From NCBI GenBank assembly GCA_963677435.1, contig OY781945.1:1472001-1536000 (forward strand): a stretch of 64,000 nt of DNA. Direction: 5' to 3'. Under the pieces are notes generated by a model. It made no database searches and was not told the origin of the DNA. It worked only from the letters and a program-made list of their open reading frames with translations. This document shows, in pieces, positions 28,531 through 39,082 of the stretch (within the stretch, counting starts at the first letter, position 1; each line of letters begins with the position of its first letter). Position numbers and translations under genes: made by a program. The DNA is from an uncultured Aliarcobacter sp. (GTDB taxonomy: Bacteria; Campylobacterota; Campylobacteria; Campylobacterales; Arcobacteraceae).

Positions 28531-30024
28531 ATGAATAAAAATATTAAAATTAATTTATTATCTAAGTATTTAATTACAACTGTAAGTTTGACTACTCTAA
28601 GCCTTGGAATAACAGGCTGTGCAATGTTTCCATCAGATGAAGAATTAGTAAAACCAAATACATTATCTCAATATGAAACAAAAAATTCTTTTGAAAATAA
28701 AAGTACTATTTTATGGCCAAAAGAAGATTGGTGGACAATATATGATGATTTGCAACTAAATGAATTGATAAAAGAAGCACTAGCAGATTCACCAAATATT
28801 ATTTCAGCACAAGCAAGATTAAAACAAGCAGATGCCTTTACTCAAGTTAATAAATCATCAAATCTTCCACAAGTAAGTGCAAATGCACAAGTGACTCAAG
28901 AAAAACATAGTTATAACTATATAACTCCTCGTTCAGCTACACCAATAGGTTGGAATGATTATGGACAAGCAACTTTGGATTTTTCTTGGGAATTAGATTT
29001 TTGGGGTAAAAATCGTGCTGCAATAGCTTCAAGTATTTCAAATGTTGAAGCTATGAAAGCTGAACTTGCACAAACAAGATTAACTCTTTCATCTGCAATT
29101 GCAAGTGATTATGCTGAATTAGCACGATTATTTTCTGATAGAGATGAATTAAAAGAGTACTTATTAGTTCAAAATAAACTGTTTGTTTTATTAAATCTTA
29201 GATTTGAAAATGGACTTGAAAATAAAGCAACAGTTGAAGATGCTAAAAGTAGATTAGCAAAAACAGAGGGTGAAATTTTATCTTTAGATGAACAAATTTC
29301 TTTGCAAAAAAATAAAATAGCTGCTTTAATGGGAGCTGGACCCAATAGAGGTCTTAAAATAACTCGTCCAAGTATTAACTTCTATCAAAGTGATTTTGGA
29401 TTGCCAAATGAAATTGCAGTTGATTTATTGGGAAGACGACCAGATATTATTGCTGCTCGTATGCAAGTTGAATCTAAAGAATATCTGATAAAAGAGAAAA
29501 AAGCTGAGTTTTATCCAAATGTAAATCTTTCAGCATTTATTGGATTTCAATCTTTGGGATTAAATCTACTTAATGAAAAAGATTCATATATGGGCTCAGT
29601 TGGACCTGCTATTTCTTTGCCTATTTTTAGTGCAGGAAGATTGCAAGGTGAGTTGCGTTCAAGTGTAAGTAAATATGAAGAAGCAGTTGCTAATTATAAT
29701 GGAGTAATAACTCAAGCGTTAAAAGAAGTGGCAGATGCAGGGACAAGTCAAAAATCAATAGAAAATCAACTTTTGAAAACTCAAGAAGAGCTTAAATCTT
29801 CACAAGAGGCTTATGATATTAAAACAAAACGGTACGAAGGTGGACTTAGTAATTATTTAGATGTTTTATATTCTCAAGAAACTCTAATAGATGTAAAAAG
29901 AAATTTAATAAATCAAAAAAGTAGGGCATTAAGCTTAGATATTGCACTTAAGTATGCACTTGGAGGTGGATATGCCACAAAACTACCTATTATTGAAAAA
30001 GGAAATAATGATGGAAAAAAATAA
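28531..30024 (+). CDS. Efflux outer-membrane lipoprotein (NodT/TolC family)
   Basis: Lipobox 'ITGC', 'SWELDFWGK', 'LLGRRPDI', 'ALGGG'. Confidence 0.93.
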   Translation: MNKNIKINLLSKYLITTVSLTTLSLGITGCAMFPSDEELVKPNTLSQYETKNSFENKSTILWPKEDWWTIYDDLQLNELIKEALADSPNIISAQARLKQADAFTQVNKSSNLPQVSANAQVTQEKHSYNYITPRSATPIGWNDYGQATLDFSWELDFWGKNRAAIASSISNVEAMKAELAQTRLTLSSAIASDYAELARLFSDRDELKEYLLVQNKLFVLLNLRFENGLENKATVEDAKSRLAKTEGEILSLDEQISLQKNKIAALMGAGPNRGLKITRPSINFYQSDFGLPNEIAVDLLGRRPDIIAARMQVESKEYLIKEKKAEFYPNVNLSAFIGFQSLGLNLLNEKDSYMGSVGPAISLPIFSAGRLQGELRSSVSKYEEAVANYNGVITQALKEVADAGTSQKSIENQLLKTQEELKSSQEAYDIKTKRYEGGLSNYLDVLYSQETLIDVKRNLINQKSRALSLDIALKYALGGGYATKLPIIEKGNNDGKK

Positions 30025-31135
30025 TAAAACAAATGAAACAAACAAAAGTAAACGAAAAAAAGTACTTTCAATTTTCTTTGTATTAATAATTATTGTGGGA
30101 GCATCTTTTAGTGCATATTGGTATTTATATGCTTCTCATTTTGTATCAACTGATAATGCCTATACAGATGTTGAAATAGCACAAGTAACTCCATCTATTG
30201 GTGGAACAATTAGTGAAGTTTTAGTAAAAGATACTCAAGTTGTAAAAAAAGGCGATATTTTAGTAAAAATTGACCAAACAGATACTTCTTTAGCATTAGA
30301 AGAAGCAAAAGCAAATTTAAGTTTAGCAATTCGTAGAGTAAAAGGTTATGTGGCTAATAATAATGGTTTAAATGCACTTATTGTTGCACGAGAAGCAGAT
30401 GAAGTTAAAATGAATGCAAAATTAAGTTCTGCAAAAGCTGATTTTGAAAAAGCTAAAATTGATTTAAAAAGACGAGAAGCTTTAATTTCAGCAGGTGCTA
30501 TTTCAGCAGAAGAATTAACTCAGGCAAAAAATGCCTATGAAAATGCAAAAGCAAGTTTAGATTCAACAATTGCAGAAGTAAACCAATCAAAAGCAAATAT
30601 CAATTCAGCAATTGGTTCAAGAAATGAAAATGCCACAAAAATTGATGATGTAAGTGTAGAAGAAAATCCGGAAGTTCTTTTAGCTCAAGCTAAACTAGAC
30701 AAAGCAATGGTAGATTTTAATCGTACTATTATAAAAGCCCCAATAGATGGAATAATTGCTAAAAGACAAGTTGAATTAGGTCAAAGAGTTCAAGAGGGAA
30801 CACCATTATTATCAATTGTACCGACACATAATATTTATGTAAATGCAAACTTCAAAGAGGGACAATTAAAAAATGTAAAAATTGGACAAGAAGCTGAGGT
30901 TCATGCGGATATTTATGGTAACTCTGTTACTTACCATGGAGTTGTAAAAGGTTTTTCTGGTGGAACAGGTGCAGCATTTTCATTAATTCCTGCACAAAAT
31001 GCTACAGGAAATTGGATAAAAGTTGTTCAAAGAGTGCCAGTTCGTATCGAACTACTTCCTGAAGAGTTAAAAGCTCACCCTTTAAAAGTAGGTCTTTCAA
31101 TGGATGTAGAAATAGATACTTTTACTCAAAAATAA
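30011..31135 (+). CDS. emrA: EmrA/HlyD family membrane fusion protein
   Basis: 'VSTDNAY', 'ANFKEGQL', 'FSLIPAQNATGNWIKVVQRVPVRI'; start placed at ATG 30011 by RBS spacing. Confidence 0.92.
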   Translation: MEKNNKTNETNKSKRKKVLSIFFVLIIIVGASFSAYWYLYASHFVSTDNAYTDVEIAQVTPSIGGTISEVLVKDTQVVKKGDILVKIDQTDTSLALEEAKANLSLAIRRVKGYVANNNGLNALIVAREADEVKMNAKLSSAKADFEKAKIDLKRREALISAGAISAEELTQAKNAYENAKASLDSTIAEVNQSKANINSAIGSRNENATKIDDVSVEENPEVLLAQAKLDKAMVDFNRTIIKAPIDGIIAKRQVELGQRVQEGTPLLSIVPTHNIYVNANFKEGQLKNVKIGQEAEVHADIYGNSVTYHGVVKGFSGGTGAAFSLIPAQNATGNWIKVVQRVPVRIELLPEELKAHPLKVGLSMDVEIDTFTQK

Positions 31136-31149
31136 AATGAGAATTTATT

Positions 31150-32700
31150 ATGAAAAAAGATGAAACTTCATCTACAAAAGTAGAAGGAGCATTTAACTTA
31201 TCTCCTACAATGTTTTGGGTTGCAGCTCTTATGCTTACAACTGCAAATTTTATTGCAGTTTTAAATATGACTATTGCAAATGTATCAGTTCCTCATATTG
31301 CAGGGAATCTTGGTGCTACGGCATCCCAAGGTACTTGGGTAATCACAGCTTATGCAATTGGTGAAGCTATAACTGTGCCACTTACAGGTTGGTTTGCAGC
31401 TAGGTTTGGGGCAGTTAAAGTATTTGTGGTATCCATGATTATGTTTGGAGTTTTCTCAATAATTTGTGGACTTGCAAATTCTTTAGGTTTACTGGTTATT
31501 GCTAGAATATTTCAAGGCTTTTCTGGTGGGCCTTTGATGCCACTTTCTCAGACTTTACTTTTGCGACTTTTCCCAAAAGAAAAAGCAGGAGTTGCTATTG
31601 GAATGTGGTCTATGACTACACTTGTAGCTCCTGTTCTTGGACCAATTGTTGGAGGATATGTTTGTGATGAGTATTCTTGGCCTTGGGTATTTTTCTTAAA
31701 TTCTCCAATTGTTATTATTTGTGGATTTTTTGCATGGCAAATATTAAAAGATTTTGTTGAACCTTTAATTAAAAAACCAATTGATGTGACGGGTTTAACT
31801 TTATTGATTGTTTGGATTGTATGTTTACAATTAGTATTAGATGAAGGAAAAGACCTTGATTGGTTTAGTTCATCTAAAATCATAATATTATCAATAATCT
31901 CATTTGTTTGTTTTGTCTCTTTTATAATTTGGGAATTTTATGAAGAACATCCAATTGTTGATTTAAAAGTTTTTCGTCATAGAGGTTTTACCATAAGTGT
32001 TTTAACTGTAAGTTTAGCTTTTGGTGCATATTTTGGTGCAAATGTTTTAACACCTCTTTGGCTTCAAACTTTGATGGGATATACAGGAACTCAAGCTGGA
32101 CTTGCTGCTTGTTGGACAGGAATTGCAGGTTTAATGGTAGCTCCTTTTGTGGCAAAAGCTGCAACTACTACGGATGCTAGAAAATTGGTTTTTGTGGGTG
32201 TTTTATGGCTTGGTCTTATGACTTTTTGGAGAGCTATTGCAAATACCGATATGGCTTTTATAGATGTTATGTTACCTCTATTTTTTATGGGATTTGGTTT
32301 GCCTTTCTTTTTTATTCCCTCAATGGGTTTATCCCTTTCAAGTGTTAATAAAAACGAGATGGATTCAGCAGCTGGATTATTGAATTTTGTAAGAACCCTA
32401 GCAGGTGCTTTTGCAACATCCTTTGTATCAACAGCATGGAGTAATAAAACAATTGAAAATCATGCAGAATTAGTAGCTATTACAGATAGTGATAATAGTA
32501 TTAGAATATCCATGGAACAATCAGGAATGAGTACAGATTTGATTAATCAAACCATAAATTCAATGATTGATAAACAAAGTGTAATGCTAGCAACTAATCA
32601 AGTGATGATAACACTTTCTGTTGTATTTGTTTTTGCAGCATTTATAATTTGGGCAGCTCCAAAGCCAATAAAAGTTCCTAAAGGAGTATCCGCTCACTAG
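31150..32700 (+). CDS. emrB: DHA2 family MFS efflux permease (EmrB-like)
   Basis: 'TIANVSVPHIAG', 'QGTWVITAY', 'GPLMPLSQ', 'LDEGKDLDWF'. Confidence 0.92.
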   Translation: MKKDETSSTKVEGAFNLSPTMFWVAALMLTTANFIAVLNMTIANVSVPHIAGNLGATASQGTWVITAYAIGEAITVPLTGWFAARFGAVKVFVVSMIMFGVFSIICGLANSLGLLVIARIFQGFSGGPLMPLSQTLLLRLFPKEKAGVAIGMWSMTTLVAPVLGPIVGGYVCDEYSWPWVFFLNSPIVIICGFFAWQILKDFVEPLIKKPIDVTGLTLLIVWIVCLQLVLDEGKDLDWFSSSKIIILSIISFVCFVSFIIWEFYEEHPIVDLKVFRHRGFTISVLTVSLAFGAYFGANVLTPLWLQTLMGYTGTQAGLAACWTGIAGLMVAPFVAKAATTTDARKLVFVGVLWLGLMTFWRAIANTDMAFIDVMLPLFFMGFGLPFFFIPSMGLSLSSVNKNEMDSAAGLLNFVRTLAGAFATSFVSTAWSNKTIENHAELVAITDSDNSIRISMEQSGMSTDLINQTINSMIDKQSVMLATNQVMITLSVVFVFAAFIIWAAPKPIKVPKGVSAH

Positions 32701-32704
32701 CAAT

Positions 32705-32736
32705 AAAAAAAGAGTAAATATATTTACTCTTTTTTT
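32705..32736 (+). terminator. Rho-independent terminator after emrB
   Basis: aaaaaaagagtaaat-at-atttactctttttttt. Confidence 0.8.
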
Positions 32737-32882
32737 AAATTAAAGTTAATTAGTAGTACAATTTCATTTGATTAAAACATCTTAATTTAAAAAGCTTGAT
32801 AAATAAGCTACTGACTTAACTCTTAATTTATGAATTACAAAAGTTATATTGAATTATTATTAAAAGATAGAAAGAAGATAAA

Positions 32883-34211
32883 TTGGTATTACAAAAAGAA
32901 AATATTATTAATATAAATTTTTTAAAAAGAGTCCTTGTTTTTATAATTGGACTTTTTATAATGGCTTTAGGTGTTTCCTTATCTGTAAAAGCAGATATTG
33001 GAGTATCTCCTATTTCATGTGTTCCTTACATCTATAGTTTAAAGTTCTCTTTGACAATAGGTGAATTGACAATTATTTTAAATAGTTTATTTATTTTGAT
33101 ACAAATAATAATTTTGCGTAAAAAATACAATATTTTTCAATTAGTACAACTTCCTGCTGTTATATTATTTGGATATTGTATTGATATTGCAATGGCATTA
33201 AGTAAAAATTTACAACCTAGTAACTATATTGAACAACTTTTTTTATGTTTATTAGCTTGTGTTATTTTAGCTTTTGGAATATTCCTTGTTGTTAAAACTA
33301 GATTAACATACCTTCCTTTGGAAGGTTTAGTTATTGTTATTTCTCAAACTTTCAAAAAAGAGTTTGGTAAAATAAAAATCTCTATGGATAGTTTGATGGT
33401 TATTATAGGTTTTATTAGTTCTTATGTTTTTCTATCTAAGGTAGAAGGAATAAGAGAGGGGAGTATTATTGCTGCTTTATTAATTGGAACTCTTATTAAA
33501 TTTTATAGTATTAAAATGCCTAATATAGAAAAATGGCTTTTAAAAGAAACTATTAAAGATATTTATACAGAAGATATAGTTGATAAATATAATAATACTT
33601 TTGTTATAACTATTTCAAGAGAGTTTGGAAGCGGTGGACATGAAATAGGGAAAATCATAGCTAAGAAATTAGGTCTTTCATTTATTGATAAAGAATTAAT
33701 TCATTTAACTGCCCAACAAACAGGCTACACTTTAGATTATATTCAAGAAAATGAACAAAAACTTAGTAATTCACTAATATATGATTTATATGAACAAAAT
33801 TATGCTTATGTAAATGATGAATTACCACCAAAAGATGCACTTTTTTTAGTTCAAAGTAAGATAATAAGAGAAATATGTGCAAAAGAATCTTGTGTAATTG
33901 TAGGGCGTTGTGCTAATTTTATTTTGAAAGATCACCCAAATTGTATTAATATTTTTATTCATGCTAATGAAGAGTATAGAATGGAAAAAATCAATAAAGA
34001 TTATGGTGTAAATCCACCTGTTACTCATCATGACTTAGAAAAATCAGATGAAGAAAGAGCTAATTATTGTGTACATTTTACAAATAAAGATTGGAGAGAT
34101 GCTAGAAATTATCATTTTACAATTGATAGTTCATTGTATGGTTCAAAAGAGAGTGCGAATAAAGTGATTGGATTTATAAAAGCTAGTATTAATAAAAATT
34201 TGAAAAATTAG
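32883..34211 (+). CDS. YczE/YitT-like membrane domain fused to cytidylate kinase-like domain
   Basis: 'ADIGVSPISCVP', 'GIREGSII' (YczE); 'VITISREFGSGGHEIG', 'CVIVGRCANFIL' (CMK-like). Confidence 0.85.
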   Translation: MVLQKENIININFLKRVLVFIIGLFIMALGVSLSVKADIGVSPISCVPYIYSLKFSLTIGELTIILNSLFILIQIIILRKKYNIFQLVQLPAVILFGYCIDIAMALSKNLQPSNYIEQLFLCLLACVILAFGIFLVVKTRLTYLPLEGLVIVISQTFKKEFGKIKISMDSLMVIIGFISSYVFLSKVEGIREGSIIAALLIGTLIKFYSIKMPNIEKWLLKETIKDIYTEDIVDKYNNTFVITISREFGSGGHEIGKIIAKKLGLSFIDKELIHLTAQQTGYTLDYIQENEQKLSNSLIYDLYEQNYAYVNDELPPKDALFLVQSKIIREICAKESCVIVGRCANFILKDHPNCINIFIHANEEYRMEKINKDYGVNPPVTHHDLEKSDEERANYCVHFTNKDWRDARNYHFTIDSSLYGSKESANKVIGFIKASINKNLKN

Positions 34212-34329
34212 TTTTATATTAAGATTACAAATTTTACATCATAACTCTTATTTTATTCCTCTTTTTTGTTTTAACACTAGTCTAAATAGCTATATGTTAT
34301 CATTCATCGCATATTATTTTAGGAGAATT

Positions 34330-35637
34330 ATGAGAACTATTATTGCTTTTTTTATGTTGATTGTTGAACTTTTTGCTTCAAATACGCCTTTTGATTTGTA
34401 TAAGAAAGAAGGAGAGATAAAAGGTCATACTCTTCTAATTATTGGTGGAATTCATGGTGATGAACCAGGTGGATATTTTGCACCTGCATTTTTAGAGAAA
34501 TATTACAAAATTAAATCAGGGAATTTATGGATAATTCCAAATTTAAATGCTGATAGTATTATGGCAGATAACAGAGGAATTTATGGTGATATGAACCGAA
34601 AATTTAGTTCTGTTGATAAAAATGATAATGATTTTGAAAGTGTAACAAAAATAAAAAAATTAATACTTGATAAAAAAGTGGATCTGATATTAAATCTACA
34701 TGATGGACATGGTTTTTATAGAAATAAATATGAAAATGCTATTTTTAATCCAAATGCTTGGGGACAAGCAACTATCATTGACCAAGAAAAAATAAATGGA
34801 CTTGAAAAGTTTGGTAATTTAGATGAAATTGCAAATAAAGTAACTTCTATATTAAATAATGATAATTTATTTCAAGAGTACCACTCTTTTGGTGTAAAAA
34901 ACACACAAACAAAATTCAAAGATGAGCAAATGCAACTATCTTTAACATATTATGCAGTTACAAATAATAAGCCAGCAATGGCCATAGAAACCAGTAAAAA
35001 TATCACTGAATTAACATATAAAGTTATCTATCAGTTAAAATCAATTGAAGAGTTTATGAAAATTATGGATATTAAATTTGAAAGAGATTTTGATATAAAT
35101 AACTATGAAGAGGTAAAAAGTAAAATCTATGATTTTGGGAAAGTTACAATAAATAATAATATTGCTTTTGATTTAACAGATATCAAAAGTAGTATGAGAT
35201 TTGTTCCTTTGAAAAAAGATGACAATAAATTTGATTTTACTCATAGTTTAGCAAGAGTTAAAAGTATTGATAATAAATATGAAATTTATGTTGGAAATAT
35301 AAAAGTTTGTGATTTATATCCTCAAATATTTGATTTATCAAGTACAAAAGAAAAAATAAAAATTTTAGTTGATGGAAAAGAGCTTGAAACTTCATTTGCT
35401 AATAGAATTGATATAAAAAATGATTTTAAAATTCTTAAATCAGATTTTAGAGTAAATATTATTGGATTTAGTAAAAGTGGAGTTGATAGTGAAGATGATA
35501 TTTTAATCAAAAAAAGTGATATTCAAGATAATTATTCAATAGATAATAGTAAAAATAAATATAGAGTAGAATTTTATAAAGATGGTAAATTTTATGGAAT
35601 GATTATTTTAAATTTTTCAGGAGATAAAAATGAGTAA
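34330..35637 (+). CDS. M99 family DL-carboxypeptidase (Csd4/Pgp1-like)
   Basis: 'GGIHGDEPGG', 'DMNRKF', 'LNLHDGHG', 'AIETSK'; AGGAG RBS before ATG 34330. Confidence 0.88.
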   Translation: MRTIIAFFMLIVELFASNTPFDLYKKEGEIKGHTLLIIGGIHGDEPGGYFAPAFLEKYYKIKSGNLWIIPNLNADSIMADNRGIYGDMNRKFSSVDKNDNDFESVTKIKKLILDKKVDLILNLHDGHGFYRNKYENAIFNPNAWGQATIIDQEKINGLEKFGNLDEIANKVTSILNNDNLFQEYHSFGVKNTQTKFKDEQMQLSLTYYAVTNNKPAMAIETSKNITELTYKVIYQLKSIEEFMKIMDIKFERDFDINNYEEVKSKIYDFGKVTINNNIAFDLTDIKSSMRFVPLKKDDNKFDFTHSLARVKSIDNKYEIYVGNIKVCDLYPQIFDLSSTKEKIKILVDGKELETSFANRIDIKNDFKILKSDFRVNIIGFSKSGVDSEDDILIKKSDIQDNYSIDNSKNKYRVEFYKDGKFYGMIILNFSGDKNE

Positions 35638-35914
35638 AGATATAAAAAAAGAGTTTGCATTAGTTATAAGAAATGCTAAGATTACAGCATTTATTTTCTT
35701 CTTATTATTAACTCCAAACTTAGTAATTCAAATAAAAGGTTTAGATGAAATTTTAGGATTATCAAAAGATATTTGGTTCAATGCTGCAATTGCTGGATTT
35801 ATAATCTATTTAGCATATACATTCTTTCTATGGAAATGTCCAAGCTGTGGAAGCTATCCAGGTAGAGGATGGTTTAGAAAGAATTGCGAAAGATGTGGAG
35901 TTGAATTAAGTTAG
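35630..35914 (+). CDS. Small membrane protein with C-terminal zinc ribbon
   Basis: Two TMs then 'WKCPSC...CERCG'. Confidence 0.75.
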   Translation: MSKDIKKEFALVIRNAKITAFIFFLLLTPNLVIQIKGLDEILGLSKDIWFNAAIAGFIIYLAYTFFLWKCPSCGSYPGRGWFRKNCERCGVELS

Positions 35915-35916
35915 AA

Positions 35917-35943
35917 TAAAAAAGGAAAAATTCCTTTTTTATT
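35917..35943. terminator. Bidirectional terminator between convergent genes
   Basis: taaaaaaggaa-aaa-ttccttttttat. Confidence 0.6.
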
Positions 35944-35951
35944 TAAGATTA

Positions 35952-36140
35952 TTATACTTTTGGTGTACACTTTTTACTAATTATACATACAGGACAAAAA
36001 CCTACAATTCCAATTACAAGTGGGATTACTCCTAAATAAAACCAAGCATTTCCACTTATAAATCCTATTACAATTAATATTAAACCTATAACTATTCTAA
36101 ATGGTCTGCAAAAACTTCTTATTTTATCAAATATGTTCAT
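35952..36140 (-). CDS. DUF2892 family small membrane protein
   Basis: 'RIVIGL', 'GVIPLVIGIVGFCPVC'. Confidence 0.8.
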   Translation of the reverse strand: MNIFDKIRSFCRPFRIVIGLILIVIGFISGNAWFYLGVIPLVIGIVGFCPVCIISKKCTPKV

Positions 36141-36239
36141 TCTTAATTCCTATGATTTTTTTATATAAAATCATTATCATATAAGTAAACTTAATGTTAT
36201 ATAAATAAGTAAAACTTATTTATATAAAATAAGAATAAG

Positions 36240-36920
36240 TTATTTTAGGAATTGTTTTCTATAAATTTCTTCTAGAGGTTCTTTATCTTTATAATCAATT
36301 ATATCCCCAATTTCAATCTCAATTTTTAGATTTTTTGTTCTTTGTTCTATTGCTTCTTTTAGAACTTGATTTGCATTAGTTTTTATAAAAACTGGCAAAA
36401 TATCAATTCTATTTTTTAATGCCATTAGTTTTGCACCTTCTTTAAAAGTACTAATAGGATTAGAGGTTTTATTTCTTGTACCTTCTGGAAAAACAAAAAT
36501 TGAATAGCCTTTTTTTACTACTTCTTTAGTGTCTTTGAAAAATGAGCTCATATTTGAAGCTTCTCTATCTAATAAAATAGAATCTGCATTTCTAGTAAAA
36601 GTACCAAAGAAAAAAGAGTTAAAAAGTTCTTTTTTAGATACCCAAAAACCATGAATCAAAGACTCTTTTAAAGCAAGTTCAATAATAAGTGGATCAATAA
36701 TACTTCTGTGATTTGATATTAATAAATAGTTTCCATCTTTTGGAAGTTTTTCTTTGTTTAAAACTTCAACGCTGATATTTAATTTTGATAAAAGTACTTG
36801 AGAATATTCAATTCTTAATGCTTTTTTTTCTTCTGAAGATTTGGCTTTTTTTAATTTAAAGCCATATTTGTTTGTTAAGTAAGTTGCATATATTGCAATG
36901 CTAATTTGTTTTAAGTTCAA
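36240..36920 (-). CDS. plsC: 1-acyl-sn-glycerol-3-phosphate acyltransferase family
   Basis: 'SNHRSIID', 'VFPEGTR'. Confidence 0.88.
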   Translation of the reverse strand: MNLKQISIAIYATYLTNKYGFKLKKAKSSEEKKALRIEYSQVLLSKLNISVEVLNKEKLPKDGNYLLISNHRSIIDPLIIELALKESLIHGFWVSKKELFNSFFFGTFTRNADSILLDREASNMSSFFKDTKEVVKKGYSIFVFPEGTRNKTSNPISTFKEGAKLMALKNRIDILPVFIKTNANQVLKEAIEQRTKNLKIEIEIGDIIDYKDKEPLEEIYRKQFLK

Positions 36921-36950
36921 ATTTATCCTATTTTTATTTTTGCAATTGTA

Positions 36951-37646
36951 TCAAAATGATTTGATAGTTGATGCTTTTTCTAAATAAATTTGTTCTAAAT
37001 TTATATATGATTGATAAACTAAAACTTCAACCCCTTGTTTAGTAACTTCTTTAAAGGCTTCACAATATTTTTTATCAACTTCACAAGCTAATCTAAAAGG
37101 TAAATTATCACTTCTTTGAATAACATATAACATCACAGCTCGATGACCATCTTTTACCATTTGAGCCAATTCATTTAAGTGTTTTGTTCCCCTTGAAGTT
37201 ACAGCATCTGGAAAAGCTAAATAATCATCTATTTTTAAACTTACACTTTTTACTTCTACATAACATTTTTCATTTTCATTTTCAAGTAAAATATCAATTC
37301 TGCTATTTTCTCCATATTTTTGTTCTGGTTTTAAATTTTCATAAGATTGAAGCTCTTTTATTACACCATTTTGAATAGCTTCAATTGCAATTTTATTAGC
37401 AACACCTGTATTTGTGCAAATTAGATTTTCACCCATTTTTGTGAGTTCCAAAGTGTATTTTAGTTTTCTTTTTGGATTATCATGAAAAGTTACCCAAACA
37501 TCACAATTATCTTCTATACAAGAAGTCATTGCACCACTATTTGGTACATGTGCAGTAATTTCTTCACCATTTTCTAAAATAATATCTGCTAAAAATCTTT
37601 TATATCTTTTTACTAATCTACCTTTTATCAATTTTTCAAATTGCAT
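36951..37646 (-). CDS. sfsA: DNA/RNA nuclease SfsA
   Basis: 'RYKRFLAD', 'AHVPNSGAM', 'VEVKSV', 'FPDAVTSRGTKHL'. Confidence 0.95.
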   Translation of the reverse strand: MQFEKLIKGRLVKRYKRFLADIILENGEEITAHVPNSGAMTSCIEDNCDVWVTFHDNPKRKLKYTLELTKMGENLICTNTGVANKIAIEAIQNGVIKELQSYENLKPEQKYGENSRIDILLENENEKCYVEVKSVSLKIDDYLAFPDAVTSRGTKHLNELAQMVKDGHRAVMLYVIQRSDNLPFRLACEVDKKYCEAFKEVTKQGVEVLVYQSYINLEQIYLEKASTIKSF

Positions 37647-37723
37647 ATATAAACCTTTTTATTATGTTTTAACTTTTATCTATTATACTATATCAATTTC
37701 GAGTTTGTATAAAGGCAAGATAT

Positions 37724-39019
37724 ATGGATGTAATTCATAGAAAAAGAGATAAATCTCTTGGTATATTTGAACTAATCGCCATTGCATTAGGTGGAATGGT
37801 TGGTGGTGGTATTTTTACAATACTTGGAATTTCAGTATCAATGATAGGTGTTTATACTCCAATTGCTATTGTTTTTGGGGGAATCATTGCTTCTTTTGCT
37901 GCTTATTCTTATATTAAATTAGGGGTTTATTATCAAGATGAGGGTGCAACTTATTCCTTTTTTAAAAAGACATACCCAAGCTCAGATTTTGCAATTTCTT
38001 TGATTGGTTGGTGGGTGATTTTTGGATATATAAGTACCTTAGCTTTATATTCTTATACTTTTTCTTCTTATGCTCTTAGTAGTTCCTCTTTTGCAGATGA
38101 TGATTTTGCTAGAAAAATTTTAGCAGGTATTGTTATTTCTATTTTTGCCATGATTAATATTTGGAGTGTTAAAGGCATGGGTAAAATCGAAGATTTGATG
38201 GTTTATACAAAACTTATCATATTAGTAGTTATCTCTTTTGTTTTAATAAATAATAGTAATACAACAATTTCAATACTCTTAGAAAATAATAAAGATGTAG
38301 AACTTTCAGCAATTTTGATAGTGGCTTCACTTACTTTTGTAGCTTATGAAGGATTTCAACTTGTAATAAATGCTGTAAATGAAATGGATAATCCAAAAAG
38401 AAATATACCTTTTGCCATATATAGTGCAATAGCTTTAGCTATTTTAATTTATGTTGTGATTTCATTAGGAGCAATTTTGGCAATTTCTTTTGATGATATT
38501 ATTGCAAATAAAGAGTACGCTCTTGCAGCTGGTGCAAATAAAGTCTTAGGTCATTGGGGAAATGATTTAGTGATTATTGGGGCTTTATTAGCAACAAGTA
38601 GTGCAATTAGTGGGACTTTATTTGGAGCATCAAGACAGATGTCAGTTATTGCAAAAGATGGTTTTTTTCCATCTTTTTTGCAAAAAAGAAATATGTATAA
38701 CATTCCAACAAATGCAATAATTATAATGGCATTTCTAGCTTTTTGTTTAGTTTTGAGTGGTTCATTAGAGTTAATACTTGAATTTGGAAGTGTGACTTTT
38801 TTAATCGTTTCATTACTGATGGCAATTGCAAATTTTAAAATGAGATATAAAACAAACTCTTCAACATACCTTACTTCAATGGCAATTTTTTTATTAGCAG
38901 GAAGTGCCATATTACTTATTTATTATGAATTTAAAGTCAAATTTGAGCAAATGTTATTTATTTTGTTACTTTATGTGCTATTAACTCTACTCTCTTGGGT
39001 CTATTCTAGGAAAAAATAA
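37724..39019 (+). CDS. APC family amino acid permease
   Basis: 'GGMVGGGIF', 'FVAYEGFQL', about 12 TMs. Confidence 0.9.
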   Translation: MDVIHRKRDKSLGIFELIAIALGGMVGGGIFTILGISVSMIGVYTPIAIVFGGIIASFAAYSYIKLGVYYQDEGATYSFFKKTYPSSDFAISLIGWWVIFGYISTLALYSYTFSSYALSSSSFADDDFARKILAGIVISIFAMINIWSVKGMGKIEDLMVYTKLIILVVISFVLINNSNTTISILLENNKDVELSAILIVASLTFVAYEGFQLVINAVNEMDNPKRNIPFAIYSAIALAILIYVVISLGAILAISFDDIIANKEYALAAGANKVLGHWGNDLVIIGALLATSSAISGTLFGASRQMSVIAKDGFFPSFLQKRNMYNIPTNAIIIMAFLAFCLVLSGSLELILEFGSVTFLIVSLLMAIANFKMRYKTNSSTYLTSMAIFLLAGSAILLIYYEFKVKFEQMLFILLLYVLLTLLSWVYSRKK

Positions 39020-39034
39020 TAAATAACTTTTCTT

Positions 39035-39052
39035 AAGGGAATAGCTATTGCA
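39035..39052 (+). promoter_or_regulatory. Putative sigma54 (-24/-12) promoter of the hemerythrin gene
   Basis: GG(39038-39)-AATAGCTATT-GC(39050-51)A, about 30 nt before the ATG. Confidence 0.5.
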
Positions 39053-39082
39053 TTGCATATTCCAAAATCATAGGAGTTAATT

